A DNA stretch of 64,000 nt from Takakia lepidozioides (lineage: Eukaryota; Plantae; Bryophyta): contig CM060733.1 in the NCBI GenBank assembly GCA_030704615.1, positions 45,012,001-45,076,000 on the forward strand. The letters are read 5' to 3'. Position 1 is the stretch's first letter; every line of letters starts with the position of its first letter. Positions 13,279-26,759 of the stretch are shown in pieces. The translations under genes and the position numbers were made by a program. Below the pieces are notes generated by a model. It did no database searches and was not told where the DNA came from. It saw only the letters and a program-made list of their open reading frames with translations.

Positions 13279-13430
13279 AGGTTGCACAGAATGATGTGAT
13301 ATGACGTGAATATTCCAAAATATTCGAAGAATAATGATGCAAATTGACGCTAGGATGCGAAGTCATGATGTAACTTATGACATAACACTGAATCACTATT
13401 TCGTCTACAGAGAGTCATTTTGTGCAACCT
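13279..13430. mobile_element. ~150-bp inverted-repeat element (small MITE-like)
   Basis: AGGTTGCACAGAATGA ... TCATTTTGTGCAACCT. The copy at 47487-47643 has a perfect 17-bp inverted repeat. Confidence 0.55.
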
Positions 13431-13809
13431 TGAGTTCAACAAGATACCATTTTATTGAAAAAAATTAAAGTGATGTCAGATGATCAGTGATATGAGCAGC
13501 CTAACCGGTACCAAATTTGCTAGTGCATCCAATGAATCAATTAAAACTCTCAAAACTTGTCAACATTGACATTTTGACACGAACTATAACATCAATCATG
13601 TTATAAATATAACTATATCTTAATTGTATGGACCCCTTTGACAATCAAATTAAGCCCTTTGGGATGGAGGGATGGAGTTAAATTTGCTTCTGCAAGAGTC
13701 ATTCTCTTCTTTCTCCTCCCACTACAAGCACAGGAGTGTAATATTGAATCTAAGTAGTAATTCGAATATATCAACTCACTTTCTTCTTTTCCGTGTATGT
13801 GTATTTACA

Positions 13810-15186
13810 ATGACGAGAAGACAAGGTTTTTTTGCCATACCACAACTTGGAAAGAATATATTATTGTTCACTTTTGTTCTACCAATCATCATTATTGGAT
13901 GTCTCTCCCTATTATCTGCAGCGTCTGATGATTACCAGGCACACTTGCATAATTATTTGGATGACCCCATTACATTTACTTGCGAATATGATGATCCTAC
14001 TCATACGACTTGGTCATTTGTAAGAACTCTCCATCTGATTCATGAATATTGCCTCATAATATTGAAAAGTTCTCTAACAAGTTGTACATGATTACATTTA
14101 GGCCAATTCATTGTTATCTTTGCATAATAATGCATTCTCTATTTCAACCCTTAAGTGCCCATTTAGCCTGTTTTGGGTCTTTGTTTTTCTGGTATGGTTT
14201 TCTCATATTTCAATCAATTGATCCAAATTTTGAGCTGCTGATGCCATGGAATCCAATACGTGATTTGTAGGATTTTTTTTTATTAGCGTTTTAATTTTTC
14301 CAATCAAAGAAAGGGAAGTTTGGTTTGTGGTGTGAGAACATCCTACCAAAGATGAATTAGGAGTAGATTCAGCTAATTTGGAAATCATCTCATCACCCAA
14401 ATCTTCAAAATAAGAAATCCCATTTGTAATTTTGGTGTGCGCCCAAAAATGGGCCGCCCGCTTGCAACGGTGGATTTTTCTCAATTTTCACCTGAATGCC
14501 TTATAGATTGGCAGATCCCTTTAGCAGGTATATATGCACATAATGTGCAGTCAAAATTTTGAAATTGTGTTTTTTCCATAAAATGAGAATGCTTTTTCAG
14601 CTTAGGGATTGGGTTTTTGAAAGAAAAAAAATGGCTACTGGGCGCTTAAGGGTTAACCTTGACGGAGGCTAGAGTTGATGAACTACCACATCTTCATGAT
14701 GTACAATTTTTTACTTTATATGGTTTATTATTATTATTATTATCATTTTCTCCCAAACATATTTTCTAATTCATTTTGGATCACTATGTTTTTTTCCCCT
14801 CTTTTAAGAACACAAATCAAAATTTCAAGTGTGTGATACATAGTAAGTTAGATATTATAAACCCCGTAACTTGTAGCTCTTATAGAGCTCTTGTACAAGC
14901 AAAATTACAGCTTCACTGCATCTCCTAATGATGACTTCAATCTTGAGCATTGCAGACTTTAGTTCCACGTACAGCATCTGATATCGTTATTAGGTGGGGG
15001 ACTTCGATGATGTTGATTTGTACGGGTACATATACCAATTCGGCAGGGAATACTTACACTCACAGATGGCAAGTCGCTGCAAACTGGTACCGAGGAGAAT
15101 CAATTACTTGGAAAATCTTTCAAAGTGGTGCTTGTATGTTTCATGATGATGACACACAACGTTGTCGACTAAATTGGATTTGGTAG
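13810..15186 (+). CDS. Two-exon secreted small protein (146 aa), S-protein homologue (self-incompatibility S1/SPH)-like; exons 13810-14019 and 14956-15186
   Basis: ATG at 13810 followed by a hydrophobic signal (ILLFTFVLPIIIIGCLSLLSAA). Donor TTT|GTAAGA at 14020 and acceptor TTGCAG| at 14955 give a phase-0 join, open to TAG at 15186. Motifs HLHNYL..ITFTC..DD, LIC, TWKI..SG and a terminal W resemble the SPH consensus. Confidence 0.7.
14148..14652. mobile_element. piggyBac-like MITE in the SPH-like intron
   Basis: TCAA|CCCTTAAGTGCCCATTTAGCC ... GGCTACTGGGCGCTTAAGGG|TTAA: CCC/GGG termini with a TTAA-type target site (left copy has 1 mismatch). A longer copy lies at 48353-48982. Confidence 0.7.
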
Positions 15187-16510
15187 TGAACCATGTGATA
15201 TCTAGATTCAGATGTGAAAAATAGAGTGATGGTGGTCTTGTTGAAAAACAAATATGGATGAATTAGAAGGTACAGCCATGAAGCACAAGAAATGTTATAT
15301 ATGATCATCTACAGATTATTACTTTCACTCAAGTGGGGATGGGGCTCGAGGTGCATGTAACCATGTCTGACTAGTGGTAGCACATAATGCGAGGCATGCA
15401 CTTAGAGCAATTTTTAGTAACTCACTTTTATCAAAATCCGGACTTTCAAGAAGTCTGGATTTAATGAAATACGAAGCTAATACGAAGTTAATATGGAGAT
15501 AAAAATTTAAAATGAATGTAATTGAGTATATTTTTATTATATGATAATCATCATTATCATATAACATTAATTATTAAAAACATGTATCCATTTTTATATT
15601 CAATTTTCACTTTGACTGGGAATTCGAGCTCATTCATATTTATGTTTGTAGAAAAGAAGGTAATATGTTTAATCTTTGAACACTTAGAGCATTGATGTAA
15701 CATTCCGTCCACACAATCTTATGATAAGTATCCCAAAGTACAAAATGATGTCTTTGAATCACAAAAGATGTCGAAAAATGAAGCCATATTTGGTACTCAC
15801 ACATTAATATGTCTTGTACCATGTACTGATACATACATATGAATATCATCTTATCAAAATAGAAAATATATTTCAACATAAGGATGACTTGGACCATACT
15901 GTACTAGATTTCTTTTGTTTATACTACAAGACAATGTTTGGGAGTAACTTGCTACCAAGATTCGTAAGATGCTGAGTTAGATTGTCCTTGCAATACGGTT
16001 CATTTGCAAGATGATTATTATGCAAAAGAGGCATAACTTTATGTCGTCGTCTACTTATAGTACCTTGGTTCGATGTACACTTGCCAATGTGAAGATGACT
16101 AAGAAGAATCAGATTGTTATAATGAGTCCCGATGCCAGTAGAGATGGTTCTATTCTTGCTATGGTGGAACATAGTATCATCCGAATTAACACTAGCAACC
16201 ACACTGCGTGAAATTGAAGATCCAGATGTGTAGATGTGCGGGATTCCGACATCCACAATCCAATTGAGGTCTTCTTTTGTCACATGATGCTTCGCAATTC
16301 TTCCTCATGATCCATTGAACACAAAAATATATATGAGACACTAAGTCCTCCAAATCAAATTCGAAGTACCATGAAGCCATGAATGAAAAATTATATAAGA
16401 ATTAACGAAAATTTAAATTTAAAAAAATTATCATGATCACCAAAGAAAATTTGTGTACCAAGATAGTTAGGTTGAAGAAGACGATCCCAACCGCATGCGC
16501 GTTTCTCCTA

Positions 16511-17160
16511 CTACAACAGATGAGAATTAGTATACAAACATCTATCCGGCTTTCCACATTCTGGAGAGACATCATTTTGGGCGCCTGACCAAATATCGAT
16601 GTAAAAATTCGCCATCAACAACTTCAAAAAATTGATTACACTTGGACGAGGAATTACAAATGGTGTTTCTGACACTTGAAGTTTAATGCGATATTTAGGT
16701 CTCACCATAGAAGTTGAGTTTGCGTTTCCTGCATCACAAGATTTGCAAACGACAACCTAGGCTGTTGACTAAATTGAGATTGCTTAGTGGGACTGGATTT
16801 TGGGGATCTTTGTAATATTTGAGGAGCAACATACATCATGTGTTGGGGTGGTAAATTTGCTGGATGCACATGATTATACTGATCACGATATGACACTCTC
16901 TGACCCCGTAGATTTTGGTCAACTTGCCATTGGGTTGTAGGTTTTGGCCTATCGATGTTTCTTTCTCGGCAACGTTCCAAATGATAACCTACTATTCCAA
17001 CAATGAAGACATGTGACATATTTCCAACAATCTCCTGTTTTGTGACTGGACCGGGGTATTTGCAGGATTGGGTGTCTCTATTTTTGCATAACATGGCAGT
17101 TTCTGCAGTGACCTCCCTCCATGGTTTTACCCATATTTGTCCAATAACTCTATATTTCAT
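16511..17160 (-). pseudogene. Degenerate ORF with CCHC zinc-knuckle remnant and FCP1/NIF-like phosphatase-domain fragment
   Basis: Removing 1 nt gives CLHCGIVG(Y)HLERC. Downstream, VIPRPSVINFLKLLMANFYIDIWSGA resembles the NIF motif RP.v..FL....f.i.iWS.a. Confidence 0.45.
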
Positions 17161-17764
17161 CTAAATTTATATCATGTAGGGTTTCTAACTACAGTAGGTA
17201 TGTGTATCAATTGTTAGAATCTTGCAAAAACAATCATGTATTAGGGAGCCATGGACTTTAAAAGTTGATTATTGTGGAGTATAGATATTACACATAAAAT
17301 CTTATGGATTGAAAAAATATAATGTACAATCATACAAGCTCAAAGGAAAACACACTAGGGGTGCCATTTTTAAATCCAACCCAAATCCACTTTTATATGG
17401 ACTAGTTATCTTAGGAATTGAGAGCTATGTACTCTTTTGCACCTAAAAACAGGTTGATTTGCTCTAGTCCATAACATCTTATGTTTTGGGTTTGTGAGGT
17501 GTCGTCTTTTACTAAAAATGCATACAAACCTATAATCTAGCCTGAGGTACCAGGTGGTATATGGACAAGTGGTTGTAAACTCTAGATTTTGACGTCTAAA
17601 TATATTTTTAAATTAAAAATCAAATATTTAGTAAAGAATGTTTTCAATATTTGAGGAGGGACTCTTTACTAAAAATGTTGTGTATACTATTATCTATTTT
17701 TTAAAGAACAACTGAATGCAATAGACTCAAAAAATTTATTTTTTTCCATGGACTTCCAATGGAC

Positions 17765-20700
17765 TTAACATGCGTCAAAGACGAGAACATGACTGAACAC
17801 AAACAAGAGATCCAACTAGAGGTACAAGACTAGACAAGAACAAGGTCGGCTTGGCCGAATGCATGATAGGTAAACAGAAATCAAGATGATCTTTAAAACA
17901 AGGGACAAGAGTACAAGATACTATAACTCGACTTAAATACTAGAATGATGGGAACTGGACTAGAATGCCAGATACTGGAAACTGGGCTAGAGTACTAGAA
18001 GCTCTGGGTACTGGGACTGAGAATAAAAGTAGCTTCAACTTGTGTTGGCGAGACTGAGGAGTGTCCAGTCTCGCCTTCTATATATACTAGTTACTAGGAA
18101 GTTCTCTAAGAAGCTTCCCCGATATAGGTTTTTTGATGGAGAAGTTTCCTTAAATAAAAGAAGTATCTTGATAGAGAAGTTTACTCCAAAAGAATCGTCC
18201 TAAGCAGTTTCCCAAGTTACTCTCGGTAATTTGGTAAACTTGCGGTAACTTAGCAAGTAATGATAAATTATGATAAATCATGGTAGATCATAATAAATCA
18301 CGGTAAATTATGGTAATTTTTGGTAATATGCTTGGTAACTTCTGGTATTTACTCATGATAAATTCATCTGGGCTATGTCCGTAACATCACCCCTCCTCTA
18401 GCGCCGAGTTTCTTGAGGAGCGGTAAAATCTTGGACTTACTTAGAGTTGGAGAAAATCCAAAATCCTGCGAATAATACTTGCCAAGTATTCGGCTCTTCG
18501 TTCTTGACTTAAATGATTTATAGGTACCTACAACCATCGATAGTGTCCAACACCGTCAACTTGGGACTACGCAGTGATTTGAACATTCTGATTTTTAAAG
18601 CTGCCTTCAAACATGATTTCGTTTTCCTATGGGTTTAAAGCCTCAACCTCCAACAAGATTATCAGACTTCGAGTCGGCTCCATTTGCCATCGTACGGGGT
18701 CCAGACGAGGAAATACACGTTCTTGGTGGCCCATCGTCTCGAGGGCGTCGACGTGATGTTAAATGTTGTGAGAGTCAGAACGGTTGGTCTGATAATTGGA
18801 TAAGCGACAACTTCACTGTATCTTCTTCTTGTAACTTTATGTTGCTAATACAATATGTAAGAATGCTGGAAGTGTAGCTATATATATTGATGTGTGGTGC
18901 TCATCCTTCCTTAGCGTGTATCAGGTGCACTGAATATGAAGTCTTTACCTTGAAGCTCACTTGGCTGACAGCATCGTTGTGATGTTTTATTGACGTGTAG
19001 CTCGGGGCTTACCTGGATATCGTTGATGACACTCTTGGACTTTGTCAGATGCATTTGCAAGGTTCCCACGTTCGTTCTCTGATGTTGTAGTATTTCTAAT
19101 GTACGAAATACTCAAGACGTTTATATTTGATGTAAGAGTCTAGGACTTCGTCGACTTCATACTCGATTTCATGATTGACTTCAATTGGTGGAGGTGGTAT
19201 AGAAACTCGTCCGGGGATACTTGAGTGACGATACAACTCTAATAATGAGACATAGAAGACTGGGTGGATGCGCATACTTTGTGGAAGTTCAAGCCAAAAA
19301 CTAACCGGATTTATTTGTCGAATAATTTTGAATGGTCCCAGACGTTGATAATCCAACTTCCTTGATGGTCGCGAGGTTTGTATGTCCCGTCGAAGAAGCC
19401 ATACACGATCTCCGACCTTGAACTGGGGTTGAAGTTGGCCCTGTTGATCTGTATACTCCTTGTATTGTTTTTGAAATGTAAGCTCCTTGTGAATCGTAGT
19501 AAGGCGAGTAGCAAGGTTTTCTGTGGCAGGGCTTCCAACAGTCTTCATGTGGAAATGATTTGCTCGAGGATGATGACCATAATTGGAGAAAAATGAAGTT
19601 TGCTTGGTCAAAGAATGTATAATGTTGTTGTAGACAAACTCAATTAATGACAAAAGGTCCGTCCGATTATCCTGGTGATAATTTATCGTACAACAAAGAT
19701 ACTGTTCCAAAATCTGGTTTACGCGTTCGGTTTGACCATCAGTCTGTAGATGATTAATTGTAGAGAGGTTGATCTTAGCTTCCAATATATGAAATAATCC
19801 CCTCCAGAAATTTGATATGAATTGTGGTCGATCAGATACGATGTCATTGAGGAGTCCATGAATGCGGTAGATATTGTTGAGGAAGAGTCTTGCAGTTTCC
19901 TCGTCTGTAACCGTCTTATTACATAAAATGAAATGTGTCATCTTCGTAAACGATCCACAATAACAAGGATTGAATCGGTGGTCTTGGAAATTGGAAGGTC
20001 CATTATAAAGTCCATAGACATAGGGTCAATGCATGCTAGATTGGCTCAAAAAGTATTGTCCACTTAGTGAAATTTTGCCAGTATACCAACTTTGCGCTAC
20101 GGACACTTGCAACCCTTATATTTTTATACCATCATATATATACTTTCTGGAAAGAAGAGAATGTAGAGAATCTCTTTCACAAATTGAGATAGGTTGTACC
20201 ATGTATGAATTTTGTATACTTCAATGCAAAGTTGTAGCGATGTTCGCCCCATGCATATGAGACCTTCAAATTTAGGTCAAATTTACAAATTTGGTCTGTT
20301 GAGCTTGAAACTTGGTATAGTATTAGATCGCTTACCTACAAAACCAGTGTAAAATTTTCAGAACCATCTAATGTGTATTCTAGGAATTATGGCTGCTCGA
20401 TTTTGAAATTTTCACTAAAAAAAAAAAGCCAAAATGGACACGATACTTTAGTTGATGAATACATACTCAAATTCAATAATTTCAAGTGCATAAGGTGTAG
20501 CATATTCTAAAGCATATGTTTAAGACCTCAAAAGTATAAAAATGTATAAAAAAAAAAAAGAAATAGTTAAAATAAAAATAAAAGTGAGCAAAAAGTATGC
20601 AAAAAAATGTACAAAAATTTCGCGAAATGATATCACTTTAGCGTGCATTGACCCTACAGACGACCATGGACCTTTGGGAATGGGCAATGGTTGAAGAAGA

Positions 20701-21462
20701 CCGTAAGGTCGATGTTGTGATTTTTTCGCTCTAGCACACGTGTCGCAAGATTTTATAAATTTTTTCACGAGTTTCCACATCTGCGGCCACTATAGTCCCT
20801 GGATATCAATTCCATTGTTTTGTTGAAGCCGAAATGTCCTACAGCCGGAAGATCATGACCTGTTTGAAGAATTTGAAGTCGTATAGGTCCTGGAGGTACA
20901 TAGAGAAGTCCCTTGAAGTAAAGTAAGCCATATTTGAATTCGAAATCGGTTGTAACATGTGGGTGGTCTTGAGGTTGATTTAGTTGACTTCGTAGTATTT
21001 TAGCAAATTGGTCGTTCTTCAGTGCTTTCTGAATCTCTTTTATGATCTCTACATCGTCATAGGTGGACATGAATAGCATATTCACTTAGAGATTTGCTAG
21101 TTTCAAGATGATGGATTTCTGTTGGTCAAAAACTACGTCCATTTCTTATAGCGCAAGATATGATCGTCGAGAAAGAGCATTTGGTTTTCCTTGAACATAT
21201 CCGGGACGGTAGGTAATAACAAAATAATAACGAAGTTGGTTTAATTCACTCGATAATGGTTTGTATTTTCTTCTGATCCATAAAGACGTCTTTATTGGAA
21301 ATAATGTAGCCCAGAAATTCGATCTCAAATTGATGGAAAAGACATTTTTCCAACTTGGCATTAATTTTCCTTATCTTAATTTATCAATGACAAGATGTAC
21401 ATGGCGGCCATGTTCTTCTTCATTCTGTAAAAATATTAAGATGTCGTCCAAATAGATGACTA
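17765..21462 (-). mobile_element. Ty3/Gypsy chromovirus remnant: RT end, RNase H end, integrase, chromodomain, PPT and 3' LTR (~17765-18386)
   Basis: [20 protein letters not shown] (21240-21460); YRPG..GKPNALSR; [27 protein letters not shown]; DIVSDRPQF..QTDGQTERVNQILEQYL; LGPFKI..HPVFYVSLL; EYEVDEVLD..LEYFVH; PPT AGAGGAGGGGTGA then TGTTACGG at 18386. Confidence 0.92.
20021..20656. mobile_element. MITE inserted in the Gypsy integrase
   Basis: TIRs TAGGGTCAATGCATGCTA / TAGCGTGCATTGACCCTA interrupt the PWSSV|SMDFI codons. Confidence 0.85.
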
Positions 21463-22244
21463 TTCTGTATGTATTGCCCACTACTGCAGTGACACTTCTG
21501 CAATGGCACCATTCTGTGTTGTTCATATAATGAATTAATCAATGCACCTGAGCATTGTGTTTTTGACATAAGAACACAATGGTTGTTTGGCTCTTCGGCT
21601 CTTGGCTACACCGAGACATATCGTCACAATGAGACACATTGTCAAACCGAGAAACCAATACCCCCCCCCCCCACCCACCCACCCACCCAAACCCCCCACA
21701 CCGACCCGCTTTACCAGCCGGGACTCAAGAATCACCAAAAAAAAATTATTTGATCCAAGATCCCTTTAAAATATCATACCATTAGATAATCCCACTTTTC
21801 TTTATCTGTTGGTCCAAAGTCCGCCCTGGCCACGTGCGTGGCGCCACAGGCCGAGACAGGGGGCGGCGGCCGGACCAGCGGTTCGTGTCCAGCGGTCAAT
21901 TAATTGCTAAGGGTTCTCTCCCCAGCTCGCGTGGCTGGGCTATACCGCATGCAAACAAGCTCAGGAAGTTTTCATTTTCACCAGATAATTTCCACACCTG
22001 CCTATCGCGTTATCAAATGGTTTGTGACTTAGAGGCTGTAGTGCCCTATCAGCCATGTTTGTTGCCAATAACGCGACAGACAAGCAGATCTAATAACGCG
22101 ACAAACATGGTTTTTCCACCTCAGAGTTGTCCCTCTGCAGTGGACCAATTTAGTGAGACCCCAGCAAGCAGTGCTTGCCAGTTTGAACAACTTTCTGAAT
22201 ATGTGCATCCCAATTGCAATTGGAGGACCAGAATGTCATGACAG

Positions 22245-22372
22245 ACGTTAGCCTGTAGCCCCCAAAGAGCAACGTATCTCCTCGCGCAATCAACTCCTGG
22301 ATTGGAAGGAGTCTCCCCTATGCATGCAAAGTCATCCGCAAACATAGGGGCTGGTATGGTGGCATCACCCAC
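22245..22372 (-). mobile_element. Non-LTR reverse transcriptase fragment
   Basis: APMFADDFACIGETP..ARRYVALWGLQANV (FADD motif plus downstream W.L.AN). Confidence 0.6.
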
Positions 22373-22449
22373 CCTTAATCCAATCCCTCACTGGATAGTC
22401 TGGCTCAGAGTGAAGGTAATGATCCACACAACCCCTGTTTTGCCGAAAG

Positions 22450-22830
22450 CTAGCTTGGCCTTCGTGGAAACAACCTTCAGTTACACCTTGCAAGGCCTGG
22501 ACATAAGTTCAGCCTTGACCTCTTTACTTTGGAATTTTTCTATACACCACTTCCGAATTAAACGTTTCACAGATCTGTTGGTGTTGGGAAAACACCTTTT
22601 TGATCTCAGTCCAAAACAGGAATTGGTCATAGGTACCAATATCAATTCTAACATTGCGCCAGCTTGGCCTTCGTGGAAACAACCTCAATCAGCCACTCAG
22701 CCTTGCTCTTCATTTTGGAATTTTTCTATGCGCCACTTCCGAATTGAACGTTGCACAAATCTGTTGCTGTTGGGAAAACACCTTTTGATTTGAGTCCAAA
22801 CCAGGAAGTGGTCATAGGTACCAATATCAA
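22450..22830. repeat. Two diverged ~210-bp tandem copies
   Basis: AGCTTGGCCTTCGTGGAAACAACCT...GGTCATAGGTACCAATATCAAT occurs twice. A further duplicated ~100-bp block lies at ~22890 and ~23060. Confidence 0.85.
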
Positions 22831-23244
22831 TATGGTGGCGTCAGATCCTCCTTTGGACAAACGTTAAACCGCATTGGCATTTCTGTACATTGAGGTCCTC
22901 GCCCATGTCATAGACTGGAAACAAGTTTAAGAAAGTGTTATGCTAGCTAACGTCATTTTCAGCTGACAGTCTTTGGGCACCTCCTTTGGACTTAAACCAA
23001 GGAGGCATTTCTACACGTTTGGATACAGAGGCTGGGCATCTGCTCTACAGATTTTAAATTAAAGGTCCTTGCCCATGTCATAGACTGGAAACAAGTTTAG
23101 GAAAGTTTTATGTCTAACTTCATTTTCAGCGGACAATCTTGGGGCATCAGACCCTCCTTTGGACAGCTTTAAACCAAGGAGGTTGAATTTTTGTAGATTC
23201 AAATAGTTAAGTCTGTCTCCAACATAAGTGTATCAAGATGAAAG

Positions 23245-23312
23245 GCCTCAAAAGGACAGCAGGTGGCGCCCTGCAAAAGGGCAAAGAGGTCCACGGTGAC
23301 ATCATCAAAGCT
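23245..23312 (+). pseudogene. Short PPR-like gene fragment
   Basis: [18 protein letters not shown] matches the L..GK.VH..I.K motif of PLS-class PPR proteins. Confidence 0.5.
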
Positions 23313-23315
23313 GAT

Positions 23316-23527
23316 AGTCTTCCGCTCAGGTCCGAAGGCAGCCCGTTGTTATAGGAATCATTGACTAGCTCTGAAAATTGTGCAAACATGAGCTTTCCAA
23401 TTACAGCAATAGCCAAGCGCATATTGTCCACGGAGACACCAACGGCTCAGCATCGATAAGTGGATTGTCATTCACTGAGTTGATTTCCCTCTGGATAGCA
23501 TGTGTTGCAATCCGAATAGTCTCCACC
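23316..23527 (-). pseudogene. PAL: Phenylalanine ammonia-lyase internal fragment
   Basis: VETIRIATHAIQREINSVNDNPLID-(deletion)[41 protein letters not shown], preceded by an acceptor-like ...TGTCAG. Confidence 0.92.
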
Positions 23528-23899
23528 TGACATAAGACACGCACAAAACAAAGCTGGACATGTTACAAGACTGGAGCCAATGCCAACTCTTCGGTCCTCA
23601 TTGGGTGTATCCTTGAGGCCTATGCACAAAGTAAACAGAGAGTTCACGTTGGGTCCCTTTGCTAGTCTCGCCCATCAAGAGACTATCCAACATATTTCAA
23701 AGTGGACAGATTTATTGTTTTGAGGTCTCTCAGCAAGCTCGGCTTGAAATTCTCCCACACATCATTAGTCGCATGATGCATCCCATCACTAGATCTTACT
23801 TGAAACTTGTGAATATAATTTCTGAGATTGTGCAAGGCTTCTTCAAGTCTGGTGTAATTAGTGTTCCAAAAAGGGTACAAGTATACAAGTCTGAAGCCT

Positions 23900-24380
23900 T
23901 CCCCAATATCCAACACAATCCAAACTGCCCAAATGTGGGCCACAAAGGGGGTAATTCTTTCATGTCCTGAATGTGTTTTGCAAGACACTGGAAATAGATC
24001 AAGATCGCCTCTTTGCTTTCTCTTGCAGATGATAAACTGTCAAGATGCACACATACATGCAAATAAGCAGGGGTTTAGGTTGGGAGGTGATCTTCAACCA
24101 GCCAGGGGGGGTTTGCTTGTAAAGCACAACAGAAGCCTTCCACAAACTCATAACTATTTTGCAGTAAATAGGTCTATCCAAGGGGATGTATTACGATAAC
24201 TCATAACAATCCTACAAAAACCACCCAGACAACTGCTCATCCAGATGCTCAGAGCGAAACTAAAAAGCCTTCACCCACCCTCCTCCACCACAACACAGCA
24301 CAATCAATCAGCAGAGTAAGAACCTGTCAAACACACCCAGAAAAAACATGATGAGCTTGCAATCGTTCATGTTTGTGATC
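23900..24380. repeat. Dispersed repeat, possibly an LRR-gene-derived exon/intron piece
   Basis: Recurs at 26900-27400, 54580-55080 and 63815-64000. Minus-strand peptides KELPP..FGQ..LDIG..FRLVYL and nearby LASLRRLHIQCPS look LRR-like, but that identification is weak. Confidence 0.6.
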
Positions 24381-25325
24381 CAGACACTCGCTCTCAACAA
24401 AATTCGCATTACAAATCACTGAAAGCAGAAAATGTATTCTCCATGCCTGTTCAATGCCAAAACATGCCCGATTTGCCTGAAGAGTACAAGTCCTCTCAAT
24501 CATCGTCGCTCTCCCATCAAGAGACTATCCAACATAGTTCAAAGTGGACAGATTTATTGTATTGAGGTTTTGGTTGCTCATAAAAATATTTATCTCTCAG
24601 CAAGCTCAGCTTGAAATTCTCCCACACATCATTAGTCGCATGTTGCATCCCATCACTAAAACAGCTTGGGCATTGTATGTGCAGACGTCGCAAGGAAGCC
24701 AGAGCGCCAGCCAACCCTCCTCCATACTTCCGAGCGACATGGGGCAAGCATGGGATCATTTGTTGCTGCGCTCATGACCTCACCGGTGTATGGGCAGATA
24801 GAATCCCCTTCTGCTGGCAGGGACATAGAGGCTACCTCTTTGGCTTCCCCAGAATTTGAAAGGTCTGAGGTTAATTGGAACACGTCCGCCCGTCTTCAGC
24901 AGCGCGTCTTCACTTTTTTAGATAAAGTCTCAGTTCTTTTCCTTGCTAGGCAGCTTCAGCGTTGCCTCACTCTCCAGATCGCTCCACCCCTCCCCTTCTA
25001 GCTTCTTGCTCCAGTTCTTGCTACCTCGACCCTCCCTTGGGGTTCCCTGTCCTCCGTTCTGTCCGCTCTCCGTCCTCACCAGGACTAGAGCTTCCGCTGC
25101 CTTCTCCCTAGCTTCTATGATTATCGCACGGTTTCATTAGTGCCCACGTACTACAGCTAAGTAATTGGTCATGCTGTGTTCCTTTTTTTTGTTTTGTTTT
25201 CTTAGAAACAGGGGATGGAGGCGCTGTGTTTCATTGAAGCTGCAAGCCTCCTACTGTAATGGTGTCTTTTTCTTAAACAGAACAGGGATAGTGGCCCTGG
25301 AATGCTATTAATGGAAAGAAACTAA

Positions 25326-26535
<1,210 letters not shown>

Positions 26536-26759
26536 TCATGCAGGAGAATTCATGTGGTGTCCCACCTGCTCTTCTCTAATCAACTTCTAGGAACATTGCA
26601 ACTCCTTTGATTACAAGTGTGAATGCTGTTCCCTATTCACAAATTGCTGATCCACAAAGAGAAGTCATAAAACGAGACTGTTGTAGCATGGTAAAGTCAG
26701 AACCATTTCCTTTGAAATTTTGCAAGGCCTAGAATAAGTGCAGCACAGAAATGCTCAGT

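Noticed and set aside
18757-18990. Possible solo LTR inserted after the chromodomain
   Set aside because: It starts TGTTA and GACGTG occurs on both sides, but there is no CA end or second copy; insufficient support.
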